A DNA stretch of 62,585 nt, filler included, from Sphacelaria rigidula (GCA_964200075.2; 9 parts of 9 records of this genome joined end to end with filler, not necessarily neighbours in it), one strand, 5' to 3'. Shown: positions 24,561 to 37,823, counted from the first letter of the whole stretch. Made by a program: numbers and translations. Notes: a model not told the origin generated them from the letters alone.

Positions 24561-27159
24561 CACAGAGTTGTTGGTGCGTAGGTTGGCTGCGTATCCTTCG
24601 AGCAATGTTGTTCCTCGTCTTTTTTGCATTGGCATGCCGTTTTTCATGACTGCGTTTTTTTTTTCATTCTTCGGCGTAAACGTCCACTCTAAATGGTACC
24701 CGAAATAGTCAGCTAATTGAAGATGAAAACAAGATAAGCCATCGTGCCGCCAACCAACCGCCCCCCGCCCCCGCCCCCCAAATCATCACTCGGGGTATCA
24801 ACAAATAAACAAACAAAACAAACACGTGCGCGAAAAAACTCCACTTACAGACGCGGCAACAGCACTACGCGTAATGAAGCTCCTCCGAGGCGTAGCCTCC
24901 CGCGGAACCACGGTTCTCTGCAGTCTCCACCAACCCAGACCCCGAGTGCTCAACCTTCTGGACAAAGTCATACTCCTGTCGAGGGGCCAGGTGGCCTATT
25001 TCGGAGCCCCTTCCGACGCCGCCCGCTACTTCTCATCTGTCGGCCGGCCTTTTCCCGTCGGCCAATCTCACCCTGCGGATGCAATGCTCGCCCTAGCTTG
25101 TCAGGAAAATGGCGGTGATCTACCGGCGCTTTTCCGGCGCTCGCCCATGGCGAGCGCGGCGAGCACCGCGGCGGCGGCGACCGTTTCTGCCGCCGTTTCG
25201 CCAGTCGTCGCTGTGGTTCCCGGTCGAGGTGAAGTCGACATCGTCGAAAATAATTACCCCGAAGAAAGTGGCCGTCCAGCCGGCGGACATGTAGACGCTC
25301 ACGGAAGAGGCGTGCAGACAGAATTGGTGGAGGTGGGCGGTCGGCGCCGAAACAGCACGGCAAGAGGGAGAAACGGCATGGGGTGGCGAACAAGCCGGGA
25401 CGGGGGAGAGCGGGGTTCGCTTGTGAGTAGCGGCGGAGGCGTCGGCGAAGGAGACGGGGGACGGAGTAGGGCGTCGGGTGCAGATTTGATGGCGGGAGAG
25501 TCGAGTGTCACAAGGAATGGCGGTGGTGGTATGGATGCGTGGGAAGAGGGACAACCGTCTGCGGTTCCGTTTTTGGTGCAGGTTGAGGTGTTGTCGAGGC
25601 GTTTGCTGTTGCGGGCGATTCGGCATCCCTTGCTTCTGTTTCTGCACATTTACGGCTCCGTGGCCATGGCGTTGTGTCTCGGGAGCGTGTTCGGGGGACA
25701 TTTGGAGTTTAACCTTGCGGGCGCGCAAAATAGGTGTGTGTGTGTGTGTGTGTGTGTTTGCGTGTGTAAGAGAAGGGGGAGCTTGGCTGTCTGTTGTTCT
25801 TCCGTAATGCTGTCTCGCAATGTGACTCTTACAAGGGCAGGTCGAGTAGAGTAAACCCAATTGCGGGGTATTTTGAAAGTCGTACTTGTAGTACACATAT
25901 TGGGAGTAGGGTTTTGGGGATCGCTTTCCACTTCCTTTCTGGGTACGACTCCTGACACTCTACCCTAATTTGAGTACCTCAAGTACGTGTTTCAAAATAC
26001 CCTGCAATTGAGTATACTCTACTCGACCTGCCCTTGGACTATTATAATACATGTGTTGGTTTCAAAACCTCACGATAGGATTTGCCACCCATGTAGAACA
26101 GTTGTTGCTCACCCAAAACGCGAAAGTGGAATCGTTAAGTACACACGACTCTCGAGCACTCTGCGCATATGCATGTATGTCAACTTCTCGCACAAGTCGT
26201 ACTGTGCCTCCGCCAACCACATTCCCCCACTAGACTGTGATTTGAACCCTGATTCGTTTCGTCGCTGCGTCATCGTGCCTACTTCTTATCCCGTATATCC
26301 CCGGGGGGGGGGGCAACTTGTTGCAGACCATCATGGACCAGGAACCTTGTGCACAGGGAGTGTTGCAGTACGTTCACTTTCAGTGTTTGCCTGGTTGACA
26401 ACAGTATGACACGGCGTAGTATGACATCGATACAGAACAGAGCATCTTGAACATGAAATAATTTTCGAACAGCAACGTTTGAGTATTGACTGCGGCTAGG
26501 AATGCCTAGGAACTCATATCCGACAGACTGTAGACTGTGACTGCCTGAATGGTGACACGATCTACTTGTACCTCGAGGGGATGGGCGGTGGGTGGGAAGG
26601 GAGCGTATGTCATTAGTTCACTTGTCGTTTTTTCACATTTGTGGTCACTAGTCACGACGTGTGGTTATGTTGTACGAGTGTACACGATATATGTAAATAC
26701 GTATATATATATCATTCTCGGAAGTATGTATGTTTCAACCATAGAAATAATAACCGTGCACGTGTGTGTTTACGGCATGATATTCACCGTCATGCACGTG
26801 AAAAAAAACATTGCATATTTTCTACACCTGCGTGACAAAATTATCGTGGCGCAATCGTACCGACTCACGTCTTCGCGTGTCTGCGCAGATTCGGTGCCCT
26901 GTTTTTCCTGCTTCTGTACCTGTCCCTGCTGTCCCTGACTTCACTGCCCGTGTGGCGAGAGGATCGACGGCTGTTCCTCACGGAAAGCATGGGGGGAGCC
27001 TACGGCCACCTGCCTTACTTCACGTCAGTGGCGCTGGCGGACATTTTGCTCATCAGGGTTATCCCGCCGCTTGTGTTTGCCGTCTTGGCGTATCCCCTGA
27101 TGGGCCTGAATTCCGCGCCGGATAACAACTGGTGCTTGCTTTGGTTCGCGGGGATATTG
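21208..27159 (+). CDS. ABCG: ABCG (White/ADP1-like) half transporter with N-terminal Cys-rich ectodomain; partial, 6 exons visible
   Basis: Phase-compatible AG/GT exons: 21208-21313 (FPHCHAPSGQKYEVHPCTAVPESDKSITIACQEEK), 21839-21928 (VNGSYVCYYQQPGAFAPLSMTCSVGSCLYE), 22437-22502 (GGAPVQPSGSRAKRVAWTIGAQ), 23037-24378 (TM helix MAILVSLAGILLMCFLLF; Walker A GPSGAGKS; Q-loop GYVPQED; signature LSGGERRR; Walker B LFLDEPTTGL), 24851-25733 (DAATA...H-loop SLHQP; start of TMD), 26889-27159 (RFGALFF...REDRRLFLTE...RVIPP, ABC2 membrane domain). Both ends lie outside the piece. The first three exons are less certain than the NBD/TMD exons. Confidence 0.93.
25832..26036. mobile_element. hAT-like MITE (205 bp) in ABCG intron
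   Basis: TIR CAAGGGCAGGTCGAGTAGAGTA...TACTCTACTCGACCTGCCCTTG, extending imperfectly about 60-70 bp. 8-bp TSD gactctta / gactatta. Confidence 0.9.
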
Positions 27160-27329
27160 GTGAGGCTCGTTGTGAGGCAAAAGGAGAGAGGAGGGAGGGG
27201 GGGAGGGGAGGGCATACTCATTTGTTGCTTGCCTCATTCATTTGACCATTGACCTCGTATCCCTTTCGAAACGGAGCACCGTTCCTACTACTAATAGAGA
27301 CACCTCCAACATTTGGGCTCGTTTCGGGA

Positions 27330-27745
27330 GAGGGGAGGATTTACTCATGATCCCACCTTATTCCAGCACGCCCTTTCGTACTTTTATTCCATACAGCCTT
27401 ATCAACTATAGCTGGCAGTCTCTTTCTCTGTCAGTTATTCAAGCTATATTGTCATCTCAATTTCCTCATGTCTCTGTTTGTTCTAAGGGAGTACATTCTC
27501 AACTCTGCTCTCAGTGCTGTATTACCCGTCGTTTTCGAGCATTCAAGTATCTTCTTAGCTGCTGCCATCTGTACTGTTTCTAACTTCTTGGCCAATTTCA
27601 CGTTTCCCTCCCAAACTTCTCCTGCATATTCCAGCTTTTGTACGATCACGCTCATCAGGGTACATCTCTTAATCCTAGTGTCTAGGTGCGAATCTCTGAG
27701 GATCGCGTCCATCCTGCCTATCTATGCCCTACCCTTTTCTATTAG
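27330..27745 (-). mobile_element. Non-LTR retrotransposon (LINE) fragment, region C-terminal to RT
   Basis: ORF 27452-27712: ..IKRCTLMSVIVQKLEYAGEVWEGNVKLAKKLETVQMAAAKKILECSKTTGNTALRAELRM.. matches the LEY..EVW....LE..Q....ILG....T...A.R.ELG pattern of LINE ORF2. It continues with stops and is antisense within the ABCG intron. Confidence 0.8.
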
Positions 27746-27860
27746 ACGGAGGAGGGGGGGNNNNNNNNNNNNNNNNNNNNNNNNNNNNNNNNNNNNNNNN
27801 NNNNTTAATTAATTAANNNNNNNNNNNNNNNNNNNNNNNNNNNNNNNNNNNNNNNNNNNN

Positions 27861-30800
27861 GTCGCCGCATGAAGCACCGGACCTTGTTGACGATCCCGTG
27901 CTTGCTCGGGCCAGCCTTCCTCAGGACGCTGTCCCCGTCAATCGTAACTTCCTGTGGACGCGGTACCGTAGTGCAATGCATACATAGGTGCGACGGAGAG
28001 TAACGTTTGACAATCGGTGCATCGCTGGGGAAATGATGATTTTTGGTATTGATTGTCGCACTGTTCTGGGTGGGGCGGGGGAAACTGTCATGTTCTGCAG
28101 GAGGTCGTGACCATTGCACCCAATATTCAATATTGCACAGGATGTGGTTATGCATTCCTCGCGTTGTTGTGTCGAGGATTACTGTAGTACAGTAGCACTA
28201 GTTTGTGCTTTAGTGTACTGCCGTACCTGAACTAAAAGTGGGATCGCAACACTCGCTACACGTGCACATGTCTAACAAGCAAGACGAAAGACAGTTGCAT
28301 AATACCGCCAACAACTAACTCTGAGCTTTGGTCGCCCACGAGTCACCCGACAGTCACAACGGAACATACGACGCTAACGTGCTTGAAATATCTTACTCTA
28401 CCGTACTTGAACTTCCACCAAGGACTCCGCACATACAAACGATACAAGTACTACACCACAATATGTGTATTACTCACAATGACGGCCTTGTTGGTAATGG
28501 ACATGGCGACCTCTTCTCCCGCGGTCGCGTCCGGGACTTGCACCTTCTCCCGCCACCTCTGCTTCTCTTGCTTCCCGGTGAACATACTTCCCTTTCTCCA
28601 CCTCTGCCACCACTTGCGCTTGTCGCCGTCCTCCTGTCGTGCGCTGTCGGGTGTTTCCGCTCCCTCGGCAATGTCATGTAGTTTAGCATGCCATCGCAAA
28701 CGCTCTCTGAACTCGATAGTGCGGAAGACCTGGCGGTAGCTTGAAGATAAGAGCAGGAAGCTGTCCACGCCATCTCCTGCGTCCCCAGGACCTGCGCCCA
28801 GAGTGTCGGCGTTGACCGTGGATGTCCCCGGCGACGAAGGCTCCGCCGCGGCTCGGGACACCACGACAGACGCGTCAGCACTGAGGGAAATCGAGGCGGC
28901 CCCACTGGGCGACACCAGTCGCTGGGGAAAGGTCAGGGTTTCACCCACTTTCAGCGACTTCAACATCGCGTCCGTGGGCAAGCCTCCCAGGAAAGGTGGC
29001 AACTTCTTTTCCTCGCGGGGCACTGATGACGGCGAGTCTACCCCCTGACCGCTGTTGCCAGGGACGGTGCTGCTGTCGAACCCGTCGGCGGATTCCCCGC
29101 CAGGAACGTTCTGCGAAGAGGCTGCCGGGTTGTCTTCGGGGTCCTTGATCCCAGCTTCTGCCGTGTGCGGCGGCAACATCGACGATTTCACGGCTGCGGG
29201 CGGCGGCGACGGTCGGTGGATGTGCAGCGAGTCCTTGGAGAGCGCCGTGGCGGAGCTGCCCATCGGGAATATGACGACGCCGTGTTGTCCCTTCGATATG
29301 AGCTCGCTTGCATCAGCCTGGCAGTCAATTGCGAGGCGCCGATACGAAGGGTGTGTGTGTTGCATCAGTGCGGAGCAAAAAACAAAAGTGAAGATAACAG
29401 CCGCAGTGGGAATGGACATGGCAAACGATCGGCCTCCCCTTGAAAGTCGTCATTTCTTTCTTAGCACGGGTATTAGGCCATTTTTCATTTGTTATCGGCA
29501 TTGACAAGAATTGGGCAGCGCAGTGTACACAGACGCTACAGACAGTAGTACCACATCGTAGTACCACTACTACCATACACTACTACCACACACCACATCG
29601 TAGTTTGCCACCCCTACGCTGTGATGAGTCCTGGGGATGATCACGAAAGCACCGCGTGACGACATCACTTGCGAAATGAAGCTTGTGCGTACATTTCACG
29701 TGCCTGGATAACAAGATACAGTCGCTTCATGTGCCGCGCTACTTGGAGCAACCCTCACCATATACAAATGCGCAGAATGCAAGTCAGCCGCGCGCTTTGG
29801 TCTTTGTGGACAAGAGCGCACGGCTGTACTCTTCCATCAATTATGCCTCACAACCTCACAAGGGACATCCAAGACGCAACCGAGAATCAGTTCCAAACGG
29901 GAGGTGAAGTACATCATTTCGTGTGGTATTCCTCTCCAGCGAGCGTGTTTCATGACATTTACAGCAGTGTGCTTGCTTACCGGGCTTCCGCTCTCCGCTT
30001 CTATGGTGGCGGCGGCGACAGCAACCAAAGACAGGGTACCCTGCACAGCGAAGATCGGGATGTCGGATCCCTGACCAAAAAAAACCCGACGCAGACAGCA
30101 GAGGATGGAGTTTGATATACTGTACCCAGCAGCTGTGATTTTCTTCAGTCCAACTGAAATCAAGCGCTACAACACCGCCAAGCAACAGGTGCCACAACAG
30201 CCCACACAGTGCAGTAGTGCCGTACTCAACAGTCGGTCTCACGCACCGAAGATACGTGCAGCAACGCACACACTCCCTCGTGAAAAAAGCATGACGCAGC
30301 CGCGTGGAACCTAGACACCGTGACGAGAGCTCAGTACAGATATGGACACCGCAGTTGCAGACCGTTGTTCACCGTGAGTTATTTCCTGTGTACTTGAGGG
30401 TTGCCGCGTCCGAATACGACTGACCAACCGACCGACCGACTGACTGACTGACTGACTGACCTCGGCGCGGTTGAAGAGCAAAGTTCGACTAAGGATCTGC
30501 AGCGATGCTTGCGGCTCCACCTCGAAGTGCAGCTTGTCGAAGTGAGCATAGTCAACAAAAATTGTCACTCGCGCGGTGCCAGCGAAGCGCACGACCTGCT
30601 CGTTCGTTACCCCGCCCGCCCGAGCCGGGTATCAGTCAACACACGACACGGAGAAATGGTGCACGCAGAAGAGGTACAGGCAAGGGGAAAGGATATGAGA
30701 GTACGCATCTTTTCCATGTATGTGCGAGGCTGACGCATTTTTCTTGGTGCCGTTTTGCTGCTTCTGTAAACACTGCGCGCAACGCGGGGAGGAGGAACGC

Positions 30801-32617
30801 ACAAACCAGCAGGCAGGCACGTCGCGCGCATCAGCGCTTCCAGCCACGACTCGCTGCAGCTACCGAGCAGGGCGAAAATAAACGCATCTCTGCGCTGGTG
30901 TCTGTACTGTGTGCATTTGCCGTCTCTGTTCCTCCTTCCTCGCATCTGAACGTTGCACAAACAACCGTCAACACCCTCGACATTTTACCGCCTTGTGGAT
31001 CATGCTAGATCCTTGGATCCTCATCAAGAGTCCATCTCTTCACACTCGTACTGTACTGTATTGTGCTGTCCTGTGCTGCACTGCCCTGTCCTGTGCTGTA
31101 CTTTATTCCAAGATCCAACACGATCCACAGGGCGAAAAAAACTCTGGATCCGCGGTACGCTGATCTGCTGTGTCACTGCATTTCGAAATATCCTCGTACG
31201 GCATATTGGAGTGGCCCTGTCGCACCGTCTGCTTCCGACAACAAAACATCAAGCGCGTCAACCCTTAGATTGCGAGGGTAGGTCATGTGGGCCACGAAGC
31301 AATTTTCCAAGCGAACGTGATTCCGGTCAAACAGATGACCTACCCTGGCGGTCATGGGGTTGAAATAACAAGAAACACACGGGGCGGGGTGGGCCCGCAG
31401 CAGAGAAAAATGACGGCCGCTTACATAAACGATACACCCCTGTGATGCGTGGGAGGACCGCGTGCTTTTGGACCGCATCGGAGGTTGAACACCAATGTGG
31501 TTCGTGTCGGGGTTAGGGTCAGGGGCGCGGTCCCCGCAGGGGCTCACTGGTCCGACTGACGTTGAAAAACGTCGATCCTGGGTTGTTCGTTTTGGACAAC
31601 GATGCAGTCCAAAAAGCACGCGGTCCTTCTCCGCATCATACCCCCCCACAAAAGCGCCGCGATGAGGAGCGCGACGCTTGAAGCAAAGCCAGACAAACAG
31701 ACTTCACAACATGCAACACAAACATGCTTACTCGTCGTCAACTCAGCTTTTACGGGAGGCCGCAGGCAGGAGGTACAGAAGACGCGATGAGCTCGTCTGT
31801 ATCGCGCAAAAACACATGTGGGTATCGCTCCGAAAAATAGATCGACCCCGTGAGATCTCATCACACGGAGTCACACCCAACTTAATCTGGAACACGGATG
31901 GATTGGATATGTTCACAATTGTATAGCGCGAGGCATGCGCTTGGATCATTTTACACGCTCGCTTAGCGGTGCACGATGCACGGTACACGATCGTTCATCT
32001 CGCTCAACCCTGGTCAGGCTGACTGCTGAAGCATCGGCCATATAAAAGCTTCACCACGTGAGAGGTTCGCCCTTCGTCTCAAGAGACAAGACAGACCTCA
32101 TGACTTCATGCACAACAAAAAGAGCGACAAGAAGGGCAGGATCCATCCATCAATACAGTGTCTGGCGAGCACGGTACGTTGGAATGGAGCTCTACCAACC
32201 GAACCAAACTGCTGACGACACGCAAACAGCAATTCTATCTGGCCACGAGCACGGGGATGCTCGTCTCTTGGCGACTTTCGCCCGTGGTGCATGAATACCG
32301 AAAGATACACGGCAGTTTTCCGAAGACACTTGGACTCGCACACAACCGACCAAGTTTGATCCTGCGATGAATGCTGCGTGTCTTCTCAACACTATCATGA
32401 ACAGAGTAGAGGATTCGCGCACCTTCGTGTCTTGGCAAGTGACGTTGTCGGGCAGGAACACGCTCAGCGGTTCGCCGTTGTCGTATCTCGGCATGAGCAC
32501 CTCGTCGCAGCTCGTTGCAGCGATGGTGAGGTCTTCTTCAGCATACCCCAGCGTGCCCCTTGCCGCAGTTGCCAAAAGCAACACCAAGACGCTCAAGACG
32601 GTCTGGAAGACTGTCAT
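27861..32617 (-). CDS. Secreted protein of unknown function, 5 exons, 3'-truncated by the piece end
   Basis: All phase-0 GT-AG exons: 32617-32423 (signal peptide MTVFQTVLSVLVLLLATAARG...NVTCQDTK), 30595-30461 (VVRFAGTARVTIFVDYAHFDKLHFEVEPQASLQILSRTLLFNRAE), 30070-29981 (GSDIPIFAVQGTLSLV...), 29317-28478 (280 codons, S/P/G/A-rich), 27951-27861 (EVTIDGDSVLRKAG...). No in-frame stops. Confidence 0.8.
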
Positions 32618-33464
32618 CTTTCTGGTCTACAGAAAAACCAGGCCGATGGTTTGTAGAAGGAGTGATGGTCAGTTGGATTGTGGGATGGTAGGGGGTTGAG
32701 ATAAACATGGCTCGGTCGACGGCCAGATGATGATCTAAATGTAACTGTAGTGATAGTGATGAATTGCTCCATGCGACCTCCTCGTCTCGTCTGCGGATTA
32801 ATTGCAGGTATCCATCCGTCCAACGACAGACCGTGAAAGCCGCTTGTGGAAAGATAGGCAAGATGCCAAGTACAGACAAGAAGTACTGCATGTAAGAAAT
32901 ATATGAGGTCCAGTATACATTCCACATCATGCATGTTCCACAATACCGTCGACATGTTCCACTATCCTCTGCCTTTGTATCGCCATACTACAGATATCGG
33001 GTGTCCCTGTCTGCCCCGTCTATCACGCCCGTGCTGGACAGCAAGCTGTTTTGTGCATGATGGGAGATGGGAGGGCGTTCGCAGGTATGGAGAAACCGTC
33101 TGCGCATTTCTTATGTTACTCCGCACACAAAAATATGCGCGTGTACATGTCAATGACCTGCGACAGAGCCTTGGGTGGTTGTTTGCTGCGGGCGAGGAGA
33201 TCTTGGCACGACTATCTGTATACAACACAATAACGGGTAAAGTACGGTCCGCGCCCGAATTTTCGCCAGGAGAAGGAATGTGTCGGAGATTCGACCATGT
33301 ATGACAGCTTTGATAGGACAATGGAATATTTCGACGTGACGCTATCCTCATGCACGAGTCCTGCACGCCCATCAGGTTGTGCGCTGTGTACTTTGTGCAC
33401 ACACTATGGTAGACGTCGCAACATGTGTGGGCCGCCAGGCCTCTTTTCGGAACGGCATCATTGC

Positions 33465-33660
33465 GGGACCTTTCTGGTGGATCCCCGGCGCAACATACAC
33501 CATTTGCCTCCGTGAGTTTCAAGCAAAAGTGGTGGACTACAGAGGACAGTGCTGGCGGTTTTTCGCCGTACGACAACTTTGATGCGAGGATAAAGTACCC
33601 GCAATAACATTGTTCCGAGAGGAGGCGCGGCAGTCAAGGTAGTGGTGCTTCACGTGTAGT
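33465..33660 (+). repeat. Dispersed repeat shared with 52958-53110
   Basis: Shared ATTGCGGGACCTTTCTGGTG, CGCAACATAC and GGAGG.GCGGCAG segments. Confidence 0.6.
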
Positions 33661-35079
33661 ACTGCAGTATGTTCTCTCTTTCACTCGTCATTCTGTTAGT
33701 GTTGGGATGAAATGCGGTCTCCAGCCCCAGACTGGCGCCCTCACCAGGTTGAGAGGACCCCTTGTGCTCGGGAGGGAGCGTCAAACTCCCTCACGAGACA
33801 AGGCTCAACCCTCGCTCCCTGCTCTGCTGTATGCCGGGTGAGCGGGATGGTCAAAATCATATCCCTTTTTCCACCCTCCTAGGGCAAGGGCGCGTGATAA
33901 AACTATTCCTGGACCCACACTCACTTTTTTCCATTTGGGGCCGATTGGGGGGGTTGGCGGGGGGGAGTAGCACTGTTGGGATCGTGTCCGGGCTGGCAGG
34001 TTCCGGTTCCATACTAAATCCTTTATACTAAATGCAACCAAGCTCAACCACAAGTTACTTCGTTTTAGAATAGGTTCAACGGGGGAGAAGAGTCACTTCA
34101 CTTGCAGAGCACACCCAAGCACAAGCAGCGAAAAACAAAACAGCAATCGCGGTCTCGGCAAGTCTTCGTTTGGTGTTGGGCTTGAAGTACGCTGTGTAAG
34201 CGAACATAAACCGCTTAATCCATTGCTTGATGCAACCTGATCATGAATCCTAGCAAACCCAAGTGAGTCAGATGACTAAAGTTCGGCACCCTAACACCAG
34301 AACAAGCAGAGCCAAGGACATTTCGCAAAAACGCGGCGAGACTAAAAACTGAAACCGTCAAAAACGCGATTAGGGGAAACGGGTTGATTGAGTTGGGGCA
34401 AAATATCGAGGCAGGGGAGGGGGGCAGTTGCGACGAACCACAAACCCTTCACCCGTCTGTGACCGCAGCAACCACTGCAACGGCCGCACTAGTGTGGCTG
34501 AGGGGGTGCAGCCGAAGGATCTGCGTACTTTATTCGGCGTAATCATTTTCACTTGCTTGCTTGAATCATCTCGAATCATCGAAGAACTATTGTTAAATTA
34601 ATCGAAAACAACACTCAACATTTGTGAGTTTTAATCTGGGTCTAATTTGTTTTTTTGTTTTTTGCTAGCCTGTGACCACGGAAGGCATCCGCATCAGATG
34701 CCCAGTACGAATGTACCGCGAAGATNNNNNNNNNNNNNNNNNNNNNNNNNNNNNNNNNNNNNNNNNNNNTTAATTAATTAANNNNNNNNNNNNNNNNNNN
34801 NNNNNNNNNNNNNNNNNNNNNNNNNCACTACACAGTCAACGGTCATCATCCTGCTGATCACTACATAGCACATCATGTAGGCGATATTTCGTCACAGAAA
34901 CAAGAATCCCGATCTGATGGGTCGTGATTTCTGCCATCTTCTGAATCTTCAAAATTATCGATGGTTCAATGTGCGGCTTTTAGGCGCTTGTTTGGTTTAT
35001 CGCTTTGTTTTTCTTGTCTGGATAAGGGTATGTTTCAGGTGTCACACTTTCTACGATACCCCCCAGAAAAAAAAAGTGC

Positions 35080-35270
35080 ATGGTTTTGGGAGGCAGAATC
35101 TTGATGGGAATCGAAATGGGATTAGTCGAGCACGACGAGAAGCTGGGAATTCCCGCGCTTGGGTTCGTTCTAGCCAATGTCGCCGATATGAGGCGCTTCA
35201 TGCACAGCCTGAACCCGAACATCAGACGCTGTGTGGCCATTTTGTTTTTGAGACTTTCAGCTGGTTTGCG
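35080..35270 (+). repeat. Dispersed ~190-bp repeat
   Basis: Homologous to 38962-39155 and 10935-11115 (shared GCTGGGAATTCCC.CGCTTGG, GCCAATGTCGCC, GCGCTTCA.GCA). Followed by G-runs. Confidence 0.75.
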
Positions 35271-35548
35271 GAGGGGGGGGGGGGGGGGGGGGTTTTGCAG
35301 CCAAAAGATACGTTGTTGTTGGGGGGGGTGTNNNNNNNNNNCAGGTGGGGTGGGCTGGGTTTGTGCTGGATGGCTGGGGGTGGGGGGGGGCGGGTGTGCG
35401 GGGGGGGGGTGAGGGGTGCAGGGGCTATTATCATCGTAAAAAGTGTCTTTCTTGGGCCGTGTTTTTGCTAAGATACGCCCTAAGATACTGCCCAAGACAC
35501 CTAAAAAATACAAATACCCTTGCCCAGACAAGAAAACAAGGCGTTTAA

Positions 35549-35644
35549 CCCTTATATCGCGAGGTAAGTCTTCTGTTGAATCGCCATCAATTTCGAGTGG
35601 GAAAATATGCATGATCCAGAAAGACTAATCTCGCGGTCTAAGGG
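35549..35644. mobile_element. piggyBac-type ~96-bp MITE (cleanest copy of a dispersed family)
   Basis: TTAA|CCCTT...AAGGG|TTAA with ~25-bp imperfect TIRs. Related copies lie near 19130-19235, 19972-20070, 31258-31362, 36931-37032, 37507-37823 (three), 51040-51150, 52588-52780 and 59223-59325. Confidence 0.85.
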
Positions 35645-36293
35645 TTAACAAAACAAGCGCTCAAACGCCGCATATTAATCAGCCCGTCGCCAGACCGATC
35701 AACAGTCAGTCGCGGTATCTACTCAAAAGAAGTTGCTTTCGAAAGTTTTTCCGTTTCTCGATTTTTTGCTGTCTGATAAGGCAGGGCCCAACTACCTCAC
35801 TCCAGACTGTTAGAAAAGAAATCCACTTGGTCAACGAATAACAGCAGAGCCAGCAGAGCCGACGCAAGCTCGGCGACAGTATTTCATGGTGAGAACTTAT
35901 ACTGGTGGACACGTCACATCCGCGTCTTGATAGGTTTACAGTCGTGAGCGCACCTCTGGCATGTAATCCACTTCACGTGGAGAGCCCGTAGTCGTAACCA
36001 TGGATGTTTTTTCAACCTTTTCTGCAGTTCCACAGCAGCAGGCGGTGCAGGATGATTCGGGATAGAAGTTGGTTCAAGGAGCGAGACTGACAACGACACA
36101 AAAGAGGTCGTTTCAATTGGCCGCGGATACGAAAGTCGCCGAGCCACTGTTGTTTCGTGGGTCTCCAAAAATTACTTCTTAGCTATCTGTTGACGTCATT
36201 TCCGGATTGAGAATGTGATGCCGATTTGACAGATGGGCCACTGTAGAGTTTAATGATTCACTGATTCACACCGATGGTGAGGGTTTCAGTACC

Positions 36294-36778
36294 GTTGAAC
36301 CATTTCTTGGCTTGAAAAAACAACATCCACAAAGCCGTTTTCTGATGCTGGACCAAAGTTCCACTTCTCATGTGACCAGAAGAGTCGTTACAGGCTCTAC
36401 GGAGGGAAATAAATACTTTTTATGGCGACCAAGTATTTTGACGGGGCATGAAAAAGATGCACGTGAGCGACGTGCGTGAAATGCGTTGTACCTCATTATT
36501 GAAGAAACGTAGAGGCGTGGCTTTTTCAGTGTCGGGCCGTGATGAGGTTCTGCTCGTAGCAGCGGAGCGGCGTTATCGTAGATGATACGCCGCATGTTAT
36601 GCACTTGTGGGCAACGTGAGCAGAGTCACGTATATCCGGCGCAAAGTCACGGCGTTGATGGACGGCGCTTCATCGCCCATCCCTGAGTTGAGAGGACATA
36701 CATGCTCAGAAAAGGAGTTGTGTGACACAGTACAGGATTGCTCAAAGCCGTAGGAGTACCAATTCCTTGGGGTCAGGT
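36294..36778 (-). pseudogene. Probable decayed KDZ (Kyakuja/Dileera/Zisupton)-type transposase
   Basis: Collinear motif remnants across frameshifts: T*PQGI + YGFE (36778-36741), RRIYVTLLT..RRIIYDNA (to 36569) and ACNDSSGHMRSGTLVQHQKTALWMLFFQAKKWFN (36396-36294). These resemble CPHG.CYGF, IYDNAC and EQ.N...M......L......N segments. Motif recall only. Confidence 0.45.
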
Positions 36779-37506
36779 CGAGGTTTGTTAGTCCGAGTCG
36801 ATTTTAGTGTCGACACAGAAATCCCAATCTTGGGTGCGATCGCGTTTAGGTCTAACTAGGCGCCGATTTGAGGTCTGGGAACAACACGCACCCTTTTCGC
36901 CTGAGGGTTCTCTGTATTCGTTGTCGGAGTTGACCCGTGGAATCGTGAGTAGGCCATCTGCTGAATCGCCATCACTTTCACTTGAAAACGTAAGCATGAT
37001 CCAGATGGACTACCCTCGCGGTCCAAGGGTCAAAGTCAAAGTTACTATCATTTTACCTACATTTCCCAGAAAAGTCAAAGTTATTACCATTCCACCTACA
37101 TTTCCCAGAAAATTATCACTGTACAAATTGAGAAACTCACCTACCTAGTGATTGATGATCAGCCGTAAGTACACGGAGACTTCAAATCACTCCATGCGTG
37201 ACATGTCGGGACTGACTACAGGTGAAGCGGGAGGTGCAGCAGCCATGACGGCACAGCAACTGGCGGTACCCTGTCCTCACAGTACCGTTGACCGTTCACG
37301 ACTCCATGTATGACGTTTCCATTTTGCAAGGCTGCGTTCTGTAGGACCACTGAAGTGGAGGATTTTTGTTCGACATTCTACTAGACCATACCATAATGTG
37401 TGTCGAAACTTCCGGTATGAATCGCAAGTGTATTGAGCCCGAAAAACGAACGCTCCGGGATGGTCTTGAAGGGTATTTACGCATGGAATATCTCATACTC
37501 GGTTTA

Positions 37507-37823
37507 CCCTTAGATCGCGAGGTTAGTCTTCATGGATCATGCATACGTTTTTTCACTTGAAATTGATGCCGATTCAACAGAAGACCAACGTCGCGGTCCA
37601 AGGGTAAACCCTTGGAGCGCGATGTGGGTAGTCCATCTGGATTACAGACACTTTTCTCAAGTAAAATGGATGCCGATTTAGCAGGTGATCTACCCTCCTC
37701 GTGGTAGAAGGGCTAATCCTTCGACCGCGAGGAGGGTATATGTTACCTGCTGAATCGGCATCAATATTAACTTGAACAAATCGTGCGTGATCTAGATGAA
37801 CTACCCGCTCCGCGGTCGAAGGG
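37507..37823. mobile_element. Triple tandem array of the TTAA MITE
   Basis: Units 37507-37604, 37609-37712 and 37717-37823 are bounded by TTTA, TAAA, CTAA and TTAA tetramers. The third unit is inverted relative to the first two. Confidence 0.8.
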
